Source of the DNA: Prorocentrum cordatum
Taxonomy: Eukaryota
Length of the DNA: 64,000 bases
Reading direction: 5' to 3'
Assembly (NCBI GenBank): GCA_963575745.1
Contig: CAUYUJ010000048.1
Location: 186,001-250,000 of the forward strand
Shown one piece after another: positions 39,040-50,962 of this stretch (its first letter is position 1; each line of letters opens with the position of its first letter). A program made the translations under genes and the position numbers. The notes below the pieces were generated by a model. That model was not told the origin of the DNA. It saw nothing but the letters and a program-made list of their open reading frames with translations, and did not search any database.

Positions 39040-39900
39040 AACCCCTACCACCCCTACCACCCCTACCCCTATCCTTGTTCCTTATTAGAACATACCCCCA
39101 CCTACCTCGTATTCCGGCCGATAGCGGCCCAATCCAGGACCTCCCATCCGGACTGTAAAAAATCAATACAAAGTGGCCGTGTTTCTTCTCAACATCGTCT
39201 TTCTTGTCGTCGACGATGCGAAAAGCGTGGCAGGAATGGGACGCGGCGCACATCGCGCGCGGCAGTCAATCTGTGCCCGCCCATCCTGACTATAAACAAA
39301 TCAATGCAAAGTCTTCGTTTTTTCCTCTCAGCATGGCTTGCCTTGTCGCCGACGGTGCGAAACATGCGGCAACAATGGGACGCGGCGCACATATGGGACG
39401 CGGCGCACATCGCGCGCGGCCGTCAATCCGAGCCCGCCCATCCTGACAGTAAAAAATCAATACAACGTCTTCGGTTTTTCTCTCAGCATGGCCTGCCTTG
39501 TCGCCGACGGTGCGAAATATGTGGCAGGAATGGGACGCGGCGCGCATCGCGCGCGGACGTCCATGCGGGCTGCGGGCCCTCCCATCCTGATTGAAAAAAC
39601 AATGCAGAGTTGCCGTTTTTTCCTTTCATCATGGCCTGTCTTGTCGTCGACGATGCGAAATGCGTGGCAGGAATGGGGCGCGGCGCGGGGACTTTTGGGG
39701 CAACCCCAAGGCGGGAGGGGCCACCTTACTTGTCAGAAACAATGCCATGCTGATTTTCCCTGCCCACGTAGCTGCTCTTCTTGTCGTCCACCCCTCAAAA
39801 GTGCATGGCAAGAATTGGGCGCGGCACGCCCCCCTGCCCCCCCGCTCGAAGTGAATGAAATGACCTTCTCGCTTGGGCGCCGAGCGAAATGTTCTCAAAG
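39040..39900 (+). repeat. ~860-bp block of ~140-155-bp tandem units, duplicated at about 41042-41915 with a partial unit at about 40760-40900
   Basis: Units cccatcc(t/g)gac..aaaaatcaataca..ttgtcg(c/t)cgacg(g/a)tgcgaaa..gggacgcggcgcacatcgcgcgcgg. Both blocks start with (ccctacc)n-atccttgttcc. Confidence 0.9.
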
Positions 39901-40112
39901 TTGCGCTCCCGCTTTGGCTCGGCGCACGTTTTTGGCTCGCCAATTCATTGGGCGCCGGGGCGCTCCAGGACACCCTGGGGTGACGAATGCCTGGGAGGTT
40001 TTTGCTTGTTCAGGCTTTTGGAGGGCCTCCTGAGGCCCCCCGCGGTTTCTTGGCGCCACGGCCGTCTGGAGGCCATCTTGGGCGTCTTGGAACGATATTT
40101 CGGCGATTCAGG

Positions 40113-40189
40113 GCTACTACTACTACTACTGCTACTGCTACTGCTACTGCTACTGCTACTGCTACTACTACTACTACTACTACTACTTA

Positions 40190-40258
<69 letters not shown>

Positions 40259-40259
40259 A

Positions 40260-40314
<55 letters not shown>

Positions 40315-40327
40315 TACTACTACTACG

Positions 40328-40380
<53 letters not shown>

Positions 40381-40546
40381 GACTAACGATCTACTCACGG
40401 ACTTATACGACTTTTTTTTTTTTTTTTTGTTTTTTTGTTATTTTTTTTTTGTTTTACTTTTTTTTATTTTTTTTTTTTTCCTGTTTTATTATATTTATTT
40501 GGTTTTTTTGTTTTTGGTTTTTTTTTACTACTACTACTACTACTAG

Positions 40547-40620
<74 letters not shown>

Positions 40621-40630
40621 AACTACTACA

Positions 40631-40673
<43 letters not shown>

Positions 40674-40745
40674 GTGCTAGTACTAGTGCTAGTACTAGTA
40701 CTAGTACTAGTAGTAGTAGTAGTACTACTACTACTACTACTGCTA
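40113..40745. repeat. (ACT)n microsatellite with a T-rich central segment and a local (AGT)n inversion
   Basis: Seen directly in the sequence. Confidence 0.95.
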
Positions 40746-41915
40746 CCACTACGCGCCAGCACCCAGTTGCGCCAGCATTGTTTCTTATGTTGTGGGAGGG
40801 CGGGACGTGTCCGTTGTTCCTTTCAACTTGGCCAGTCTTGTCGTCGACGATGCGAAATGCGTGGCGGGAATGGGACGCGGCGCACATCCCGCGCGGACGT
40901 CAATGCGGTGTCCTGGGGCATCCTCCACTCGCAGTGAAATGCCCGCGCAGCCCCCAGTTGTGCCATCACTGTTTCTTATGTTGTGGGAGGGCGGGTGGGA
41001 ATGGGCACGCCATGCTTGGCTCGCTCGAGCTGGCTAGCTTGACCCCTACCCCTACACCCTACCCCCTATCCTTGTTCCGTATTATTATATACCCCCACCT
41101 ACCTCGTATTCCGGCCGATAGCACCCCAATCCGGGACCTCTCATCCGGACTGTAAAACATACATACAAAGTTGTTGTTTTTCTTCTCAGCATCGTCTTTC
41201 CTGTCGTCGACGAGGCGAAAAACGTTGCAGGAATGGGACGCGGCGCGCATCGCGCGCGGCAGTCAATCTTGGCCCGCCCATCCTGACTGTTAAGAATCAG
41301 TACCAAGTCCTCGTTTTTTCCTCTCAGCATGGCCTGCCTTGTCGCCGACGGTGCGAAATATGTGGCAGCAGTGGGACGCGGCGCACATATGGGACGCGGC
41401 GCACATCGCGCGCGGCCGTCAATCTGGGCCCGCCCATCCTGACTGTAAAAAATCCAGACGAAGTCTCTGTTTTTTCCTCTCAGCATGGCCTGCCTTGTCG
41501 CCGACGGTGCGAAATATGTGGCAGGAGTGGGGCGCGGCGTACATCGCGCGCGGACGTCCATGCGGGCTGCGGGCTTTCCCACTCCGAATGTAAAAAAAAA
41601 AAAAAAAACAATACAGAGTTGCCGTCTTTCCTTTCATCATGGCCGGTTTTGTCGTCGACGATGCGAAATGCATGGCAGGAATGGGGCGCGGCGCACATCG
41701 CGCGCGGACTTCTGGGGCACCCCCAAGGCGGGAGGGGCCACCTTACTTGTCAGAAGCAATGGCATGCTGATTCTCCCTGCCCACATAGCTGTTCTTGTCG
41801 TCCACCCCGCAAAAGTGCATGGCAAAAATTGGGCGCGGCACACCCCGTTCCCCCCCCGCTCGAAGTGAATGATCTGACTGTCTCGCTTGGGCGCCGAGCG
41901 AAATTTTATCAAAGT

Positions 41916-42015
41916 NNNNNNNNNNNNNNNNNNNNNNNNNNNNNNNNNNNNNNNNNNNNNNNNNNNNNNNNNNNNNNNNNNNNNNNNNNNNNNNNNNNNN
42001 NNNNNNNNNNNNNNN
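41916..42015. other. Assembly gap (100 N)
   Basis: Run of N. Confidence 1.
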
Positions 42016-42849
42016 GGAGGGGGAGGAGGAGGAGGAGGAGGAGGAGGAGGAGGAGGAGGAGGAGGAGGAGGAGGAGGAGGCGGGGAGCGATCTGACCCCC
42101 GAGCCACCCGCCCCGTTCTTCGTTTTCCTTCGGCCGCGTCCTCTTCTCGTCCTCCTGCGTCAGGGTGGCACATGTTTCCTTTTCCTCGTCCGCGCCTCGT
42201 GTGCCCTCGCGATTCTGTTTTCGGCGTCGACTAGCGTCGGTCAGCGTCTGGGAGTCGATGAGATCGTGCCGATTCAGCGTCGCCTTCGTCGACCTAGCGT
42301 CGATAAGCGTGAGCCGACAAGATGGTATGGGAGGCTCCCATGAGTGTCACCGAAGGGTCGCAGGCGATTCTTCTCCCCCGAATCCCCCGGGCTCCGACCG
42401 CAAAGTCTGGCCGCTCAGGAGGAGGGGGGGGACCCTGGGATGCACCCCACGGGGGTCGTTCGGGCGCACCCCCCCCATCGAGGATGGGCGCCCCCCCCCC
42501 CCGCTCTCGCGTATCCCAGTGGTGGGCCCCCCAATGTTTCGCCCATTCGAAAGCACCACGAAGCCTGGGACAGGGGGTCGACGCATCATTTGTTGGGCGG
42601 TGGGGCGGGGGGGCGACGGTTCGAAAGCACCACGAGGCCTGGGATAGGGGGTCGACACATCCTTCGTTGGGGGGGGAGGGGGCGGGGGGGCGACGAGCAG
42701 GAGGCGGAAGTGGAGGGCGACAGGACGGGGGCCCCGCGAACCAGGGGGGCCGAGTTGGGATCCCCCCTGGGGGGCTTCGGAGGTGCCCGAGAGGTGCGCC
42801 GTTCTCTTCGCCCATGTCCAGCTCGCCCTCGTTTCCCTCCTCCCCTTGC

Positions 42850-43300
42850 TGTCGTCGTCGTCCTCCTCCTCGTCCTCCTCCTCGTCCTCGTCCTCCTCCT
42901 CCTCCTCCTCCTTCTTCTCCTCCTCCTGCTCCTCCTCGTCGTCCTCCTCCTCCTCCCCTTCCTCCTCATCCTCCGTATCCTCATCCTCCTCTCAACCTCA
43001 TCCTCCGTCTCTCTCTCCTCCTCCTCGACCTCCTCCTCCTCTTCCTCCTCCTTCTCCTTCCCTCTTCCTCTCTCCTCTAACTTCCTCTCTCTCATCTCTC
43101 CTCTCCTCCTCCTCCTCCCTCCCCTCCTCCTCCTCCTCCTCCTCCTCCTCCTCCTCCTCCTCCTCCTCCTCCTCCTCCTCCTCCTCCCTCCCCTCCTCCC
43201 CGTCCCTCCCGTTCTCCTCCTCTCGTCCGTCTCCGTCGTCCTCTCCGTCCTCCAGCTCCTTGTCCTCCTGGCCCATTCTGCCCTCCGTCCTCCTCCTCCC
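42850..43300. repeat. (CCT)n microsatellite
   Basis: Seen directly in the sequence. Confidence 0.92.
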
Positions 43301-45087
43301 CCCCCGCCCCTCCTGCGCCTGCTCCTCCCTGCGGCCCCGCCGGCGCGCGCCCGCCCGAGAGCACGGGCGTCAGCACAGCGCCGCGGTGGCCCCCATTGCC
43401 GTGCGCCCCCGGGGCCGCGCGCAGGAGCTGCTCGCGGAGCCCGCCGCGCCCGAGGAGCAGGGCCAGGGCTCCCGGCGGCGGAGGGCGGAGGCGGCCTGCC
43501 TCTCTCCGCCCAGTTCGCGCGGGCGGGGGGGTGTCGGGGGCAGCGAGCGGGGGGGATGACAGGCACAGGTTCCCAGACCCCCTCGAGTCATGGCAGAAAT
43601 CACGGCGGGAGGCTTTCCATGTCTTCGGCCTCTGGGGGCCCCTGCGGGGCCTCGGGACCGTCAAAAAACTATTCAGGATGAAGAGCTGGTCCCGGGGCAG
43701 GGGTCCAGACCTCTGGGGGCCGACGTCATGAAAAAATCATGACGTCGGGGGTTTGGGTTCTTCGGTCGTGTTCGTCCGTTCGCGGAGGCTTCCCGGCCCT
43801 GGGGATGTGTTCCAGCAGCTGCGCCTCGTCGAGGGCGTCCTTGGGGTGCTGGAATCGTTCCAAACGGACTCCGGCGTGCCGAGTTATGATCCGACACAGG
43901 GGGGGGAATGCAACGGCCCCCAATCGCCCATCGATCGCCGATAGGGGCCCGATAGCCCAAATCTGCCCAGGAAGGTGCGGACTCACTGTCAGAGGCCAAT
44001 CGCCGATCTACCAGCGATGTATCGCCGATTCAAGGTCGAGTTTTCCCCCCTATCCCTATCCCTATCCCATCCTATGGTCGCCCCTCATGGGGAGGGGGAG
44101 AGGGAGGTCCCGAGCGATGGAGGAGCGCCCCCAGCGATCCGACGCCCCGAACACATGAGAGGGCGGCTGGTTTGGGGCTGTTTTTGGGGAGGCCGTCGCC
44201 AGGTCTCGGGACGGTCAAAGAATGACTGAGGACGGCAAAGCGGTCATGGGAAAGTGATCCAGACCTCTGGGGTCCACGTACCGAAAACGTAGGAGCGGCT
44301 GGATGTTTGGATCTGGTGACCAAGCGCCTGTCAGCGAGAAGAAACGAGAACTGCACAGCCGAAGCAAGCACAGTTGGACAGCAAGGCACGGTTCAAGCGC
44401 ACCGCGACGCCCCCTGCAGCAGCGAGATTGCCAGGGGATGCCGTGTGGCGCGCGCTCACACGGGCACAAGTGGTCGGCCTGTGCGCGGATGGAGTGCACG
44501 CGAGGCCAGAGGAATTTGCGCTTCCCCGCTCGCACGCGTGCCGGGGTCTGAAGAGTGCCCCTTGCAATCCCTGCCGAGCTTGGGACTGCGACCGCCTGCA
44601 GCGCTGTCTGCACCGCAGGCGAGACATGTTGCCGCGGGCCCGAATCTTTCGGCCGAAGCCACGGTGGGCTTCAGCTTCCAGATCCCGACCTTCCGACCCG
44701 CCTCCCTCGAGCCCCCCCACGGGCGGCCTCATGTTTAATGGGAGGGGCGCGCTCTCGCCTCTTGCCTTCCGCCAGGTTCGCCGTCGAGGCTGGCTGCCAA
44801 CGCGGCCGGAGCTGCCTCGAGGGGTGGAGCGACGTCTCGACGGAGCATCGGACAAAACGGGTGGCCAATCCCTGTCTGAGATCATTGGCTCCCAACGCTC
44901 CAGAAGCATCGGCCGTTCTCGTAAACTTGGTGGCATCGCCTACGCCTGCGCTCGGACAAACGATCAAAGAAAAGAAGCTCGTGGGCGGCAGCCTCGATGG
45001 GCGGCACGGCTTTGCGAGGTTTTTTGCGAGTTGAGGCGTCTCACGCCTGAGTTTCGACAAATGGGAGAAATTGATTGCAGGCTGCGG

Positions 45088-45257
45088 TAACGATCAACGA
45101 TCAACAATCAACGGTAAAGATCAACGATCAACGATCAACGATACCATTAACTATCGTTATCGTTGATCATCATCGTTATCGTTGATCGTCATCGTTATTG
45201 TTGTCGTTATGGTTATCGTTGTGATCGGTGTCGTTGACCGTTGATCGTTATCGTTGC
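45088..45257. repeat. Fold-back heptamer microsatellite (AACGATC)n/(ATCGTT)n inserted in element C
   Basis: Repeat polarity flips at about 45150. Confidence 0.85.
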
Positions 45258-45297
45258 CGTCCAGGCAAAGATCTCCGAATCTTCCAGCCCCTTTGAG

Positions 45298-45492
45298 TCG
45301 GGTGGGGCGAAAGGGGGGGATTGGGAAAGGGGGGGTTACGAAATTTGCTGCATGCAGCTGGTTTCGGCCTCACCGAGGGGCCCATTCCTCGATACATAGC
45401 CGCCTCCGGCGCCGGGAGGCGCCGGGAAAATCAGCTACGTGAGCTGATTCTCAAACCCCCCCTTTGCTATCCCCCCCTTTCGCCCGACCCGA
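45298..45492. mobile_element. 195-bp MITE with 5-bp TSD TTGAG, nested in element C
   Basis: ttgag|tcgggtggggcgaaaggggggga...tcccccccctttcgcccgacccga|ttgag. Confidence 0.92.
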
Positions 45493-45680
45493 TTGAGACC
45501 CGCAGCGTGGGCATTCTGCAACACTCTGGAAGCCGCGTGGCCCATGAACTCCAGCGGTGGCAGAGTCGTCGGCCCGCTCGCTGCCTGGGAGACCCTATCT
45601 CTATATTAATTGCACGTGTCCCTGCCGAGCGGGTCCTCAAACCTGCGATGCGCAGGGACCGATGCAACAGCAGGTGGGTA

Positions 45681-45860
45681 CTCCAGATTTCATAATAAAA
45701 GGGAGGGGGTCTGGACCCCCCAAGACAAGCCGTTTCAGACCCCCCCTCGTGGGAGAACCCTCCAAAACATCGTCCCCAGACCCCCCCAGGCCCTCCAAGA
45801 TACCCTGGAAGAGACCCCCCCCGAAATGAGACACCCCTCCCTTTATTACGAAATCTGGAG
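45681..45860. mobile_element. 180-bp MITE with TA TSD (Tc1/mariner-type signature), nested in element C
   Basis: ta|ctccagatttcataataaaagggagggg...cccctccctttattacgaaatctggag|ta. Confidence 0.88.
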
Positions 45861-47276
45861 TATTCTTTGCCACACCGCTGCGTGCTTTGACCGAGTCAGA
45901 CTTGCCGAGGCAGGCCACAGTTGCCCATCTCTCACGTGGTCAAAATTGTCAGAAGCTCCGCGGACGGGCCGAGCTGCATGCTCTATATAGCCTTGATTGC
46001 TGTGCAGTGCTCGGACCTGGGTAACTACTGTCTGAAACTGGGCAGGCAAACGCCCCATAGGACGCACGCACAGGGATGCCCGATGAGTCCAGCTTGGCCA
46101 CTGACCACCCGCATCTGGTGAAGCCCGAAGAAGCCTGGGCCCAACCCGTCCGCAAGAACCCTCCGCCCCGAGACGTTCTGCCGGCCCCCTCCCCCCCAAC
46201 ACACCCCGAGACAGGGTAGGAGTCCTTAGCAGACTCTTGGGAAAGACGGCATTGGCGGGAGCCCGTAGCTGAGGCGAAGAATATGTCCCTGCTGTCTGGC
46301 GGATCATACCTCGGCACCAAGGCATCCCTGTGCTCTAGCACATCACCTGGCGGTCCGCATCACCATCGAGCACCGATTCTGGAAGCAAAGCGGCGAACTG
46401 CTGAGCTGGATAGAGTGGAGCCTGACGGGTGCTTCGATTCCAGCCGCCCGCACGGCCTTGAGGACCCTTCTTCAGCAAGCATCCTTAATGATCCCTAATG
46501 GCCAGAACCACTTGCCGCATAGCTCTCCCCCATCAGGTTTTACCTGCTGACGCAGAAGGTGCTTTAAACTTCGAGCCGACTGCCAAGTACGAATGCCTTG
46601 TTCTGGCTGGGACTTAACATCGCTCGAGTTCTCCCTGAGCAGGTCGACCTGCGTCCCGCGATCAATCACAAGCACAGTTGGGGGCAGCATCGACCAACAA
46701 ACAACGCAAAAGGGAAGCCCATTCAGTGGCGATAGTCCTCCTAACACTCGTCCAAGACGCACGGTGATATATTATGTTTGTGTTTGCTCCCCATGCTCAT
46801 GCTTTCAAACGCCGGCTCGGTTGCACTCTGGCGTCCCAGACACATGACGCACACCTGTTCGCTATGGCCAGAGTGGCGTCAAGTACAGGATGGAATCTGT
46901 CGTCTTTCTGAGTGGCTGAATATAACGTGAGGCTCGACTTAGGCTTAGCCCCACACATACCACCAGCGAATGTCTGCAACGCACAACTCGACGGGTCGTT
47001 GACCCCCGAGACGCCAGGGCCGCGTTCTGCCGCAGGGAGGAGCCCTGTTCTCCACACGGCCTTGGCAGCCTCCCCAGCCGAATGACTTTAACCCCACACC
47101 TTGCGCTTCCCAGACATGAGGCTCTGCGGTAAGCTCTCTCCCGGGCCTTGGGCGCGCTGCACCTCTGGATGCGTGCATCCTGTGGCCCGGGTCCCTCGTC
47201 GAACGCTCGGCGTGGAAACCGAGAGGTTCCAACATCCCACTGAACCTACTCCCGCCTTTGGTGGTGTTGGAAACAA

Positions 47277-47446
47277 TCGGCCACGCGCAGAGGTTGGCAG
47301 AAGGAGGGGGGGAGGCTTCTTAGACGGAGGCTGCTTCTTAGGAGGCGAGGGTCTTATCTAGAAGTGTAAGGCCCGCGCCTTCTAAGAAGCAGCCACCTTC
47401 TAAGAAGCCTTCCCCCCTCCCCCTACCCCCCTCTGCGAGTGGCCTA
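47277..47446. mobile_element. 170-bp palindromic MITE with 5-bp TSD AACAA, nested in element C
   Basis: aacaa|tcggccacgcgcagagg...cctctgcgagtggccta|aacaa; internal arms ggcttcttaga/tctaagaagcc. Confidence 0.9.
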
Positions 47447-50400
47447 AACAAGCCCGCCCTTTTTTGCCCTGAACTATCAGACCCAGCGGCCGAACGTCTC
47501 GACAAAAGCGCGCAACGCTGTGGCCAGCTGGTTCGCTTCCTCCTCCCCGAACTCCCCGCTCCACCGCGAACCAGCCCAGTGGAAGCTGGCGTCAGTTCGA
47601 GCTCGCGGGGTCACACAGACGGAAGAAGCGCATGCGTTTGCAACAACTTGCGTCTCGGCAGGACCTCGAGCAATGCTGTGGCCCTAGAACACCCCGCCAA
47701 ACATCCCTTGTGGACGGGACGGGAGGAGAGCTCGAACGCAACGAGCTTGGAGGTAGGTCTGAATGGTCATCCACGCAAGCCGCCTCAGGAAACCAGTGTT
47801 TCGAGCTGCCTCTGACAGCGACTGCAGAATAACAGTCTAGCAGCATTGCTTCAGCGGGCGGCTCCAGCGGGAAATAACCGTTTTGAAGTGTTATTTTGGG
47901 CATACCGGTCCATCCGTGATGTAAGGCCGCACCTTGGACTGATGTCGGATATTTTGGACACCCTTCCCCTGACAGCGCAAGCATCTCCACAAGTTTTTAC
48001 ACGAGCTAAGGTTTCACGTGTTGGGTCGCCTATTGCAGGGTGGCCCTCGCGTGACTCCGGGTTTGTTTGGTGCATGTTGCCAGCATCTCGTCACACGTGG
48101 TTCGATTATCGTATGTTTCTATAGTTTGTGCGAATGCCCGCCAGATTGCCTGACTGCATGCCAGTCGTTCGTGCATTCTTGATTTTTCAAAAAAAACAAG
48201 AAATAGTCTCGCAGCATGCCATCACGTCGACGAACACCGTCAAGCTATCTCCCCCTACCGCATGCGCGATTTTCGAATCTAAGTTCGAAGCAAACGCAGT
48301 CCGACGAGGACCTTCCAGCCCGCGCCCCCAAATGTCTCCAAGATCGTGAGCGACTTCCCTCTCGGCCGCAACTCGCCTTTGGAGCCTCCCCCAACTCTTG
48401 AGGAGAATGTGAGTTTGAGCAGTCAATCTACTTCTCCCGCTGGGTTTGGTGAGGCGGACTGGCTGGGTCAGCATCCCACTCGATGGCCAGATTCGACGCC
48501 CTTCGCATTCTTGTGAACAGCCGTGCTATTGCGCTGAGACCCCCGTCACCGTCGAACAGGCGGCCCCTGGGTTCAAACCAAAACGGACCCCATCCCGATG
48601 AGCATGGGAGCTGCAGCGCTGCTCGATTGGCATCTGCAGCTGAGCTCTCCGGGAGCGGGCCCCAGCCATGAAGATGGCTCGACAGGGCCGGCACAGGCGC
48701 ACCACGAGGGGGCCAACTCTTGTCCCGCACCCTGCTTTCGCCATCCGCAGGCCCGTGCGGCTGCGCCTCTGGTTGGCAGCGATCACCTCCTGTTGCGCTC
48801 CGCATGTAGTGCCGAACATGTTCTGTGGAAATGCCGCTTCGGTTGATTTTCGAGGTTCGAATCTGCAACAGGTGAATCACAAGACGGACCCACTTTCGAG
48901 GTGCAAGAGCCCATATGGATTTCACCCTGAGCCCTCCACCCTAAGACAATGATTAGTACGATGCCCGTGAGCAAAACTGGTCCCAGTCTGGAAAGAGTCG
49001 GCGGCCCGATTTCTTCAGGCCGGCGCGCACTTCTGCGACTGCTTCTCCGGGATGGACCTGGGCTCGAGCCTCGATGTCCTCAAGCGCTGCCTCGATGCCT
49101 GGTCCGACCATGCAGTCAGGTCCTGCTTCAAAGATGCTAGACGTCCAAGGCTCCAGCTCCCCTCGGACAGACCTTTCAGATTGGATGCTGGACAAGAAAC
49201 GTCCCAACTCCAAGGTGTGTGTTTCGTGGGCTCCCGGAGGCCGGCCTGGTCGGCCCGTCCTTCCTGCTGCCCAGGAGTCCCCGTGAAGCTCGCGATGGCC
49301 TCCGTGGACCAGATGGGATGCCTCGCCCGTCTGTCAGCCATGCGCGGGCCCTCTCAGCCTTGGGCACGGGGCTTCCACCGGAGCCCGCTGAGGGCGCACT
49401 CGAGTGGCACTGCAGCAGCTCTGAAGGCTGCGCCTTTCCTACCTGCCAGATCGTGCCGACCTAACAATTCCAATTCAGGCTGCGAGACTACTGCCTCCCA
49501 AGCAACGTGCAATGTCAGATTGTCGATGGCCCTCACTATCGACCAACTCTTTAAAACGCATGCCACCCCTGGGCAACGTGGGCATCCTGGATCTGGCGTC
49601 TTCGGAGCCGGCCTGGGCCCTTGCAACGCCCTGGCAAAAAAGGAATGTCATTGCCAGGCAATGGCAACAAATTGGCACGCGAGAAGAAGTGGCGCTGTCA
49701 TCGCTGGCCCACAGGCGGTGCAGACAAGGCGCCAGGCTCACCGACATTATGAGAAATGCTCCTGTCGGGAAGGCTCTGCTTCCAACTGGGCGTTGACGGG
49801 GCTCTGAGGGTGCCCCGCTAGTCCGTGGAACCATCTCAAATCACCAAGCTCCGCTGGCCCCATGCCAAAACCGCCAGCTGCAGTTCCATCGTAGCCAGAG
49901 TGATTCAATCGTTCGAGGAAGCTGCAAACATCGCGCATGAGCTTACGTGGCGTTGTTCTCAGACCATCCCTCGTTCACAAAGAGATAGACGGAAACTAAC
50001 ACGAAATTTCCGGGCATTCCACAGTGGTTCTGGGCTGGCAGTGTTCTTGAATTGGCAAGGCTTCGGGAGTTCATGAATGTTGGTGCCTTTGTCACCATCA
50101 CATTCCCCTGTGCCAGCACAGCAAGACCTGACTGCGTGCCGCTAGCACTGCCTGACAAGGTGGCAGGAGCCCAAACTCCCTGCTATCACATGGCTTGTCT
50201 CTGATGCTGAGCGTTACCCAGCTTGTCTGATGCAATGTGATACGCCTGAATCGCAAATACTGCGTTGCGGCTACTGTTGCTGCCGAAATCCAACATCTGT
50301 TTTTCATCCGTAGTGACGTGGTCGGTCCGCTACCATGACTCTTGGCCCGGCCTGTCCGCCCATCACCACCCAATTACGTAGCATCCCGCAGTTTCGGATA

Positions 50401-50522
50401 AGAGTGAGGGGACGGCGGGGACGTAGGCAGTCTGCGAGGCTCTGAAGAAGCCCGTCGCAGGCGCAGAGTTTTTCAAGCTATACAACGAGCCCGCCGCAGG
50501 CGCCGATTTTTTGTTAAAACAA

Positions 50523-50962
50523 TGTGGGTCGGTCGCGGATTGGGTCGCAGGTGGGTCGCGGGTGGGTGGCCGGTGGGTCGCGGCCGGGTCGTGGGCCAGG
50601 TCGCAGGTGGGTCGCGGGTGGGTCGCGGGTGGGTCGCGGGTGCGTCGCGGGTGTGTCGCGAGCGGGTCGCGGGGTGGGTCGCGAGGTGGGTCGCGTGTGG
50701 GTCGCGGGGTGGGTCGCGGGTGGGTTGCGGGATGGGTCGCGGGGTGGACGACGCAACAAAACAAGCAGAATCCTCGAATACGAAGCTCGCATTTTGTATA
50801 CTGAATGGGTCGCGGGGTGGGTCGCGTGTGGGTCGCGGGGTGGGTCGCGGGTGGGTCGCGGGGTGGGTCGCGGGTTGGGTGGATCGCGGGGTGGGTCGCG
50901 GGTGGGGTCGCGGGTGGGTCGCGGGGCGGGTCGCGGGGTGGGTCGCGGGTGCGTCGCGGGGG
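50523..50962. repeat. (GGGTCGCGGGT)n 11-12-bp minisatellite within the ~2.1-kb insert in element C
   Basis: Two arrays, each ending in gacg.c..aa.caaacaa. Confidence 0.9.

Noticed and set aside
45293..45497. MITE acting as a precisely spliced GT-AG intron
   Set aside because: The available GT/AG pair would delete one extra base and lies on the strand opposite to the host LINE.
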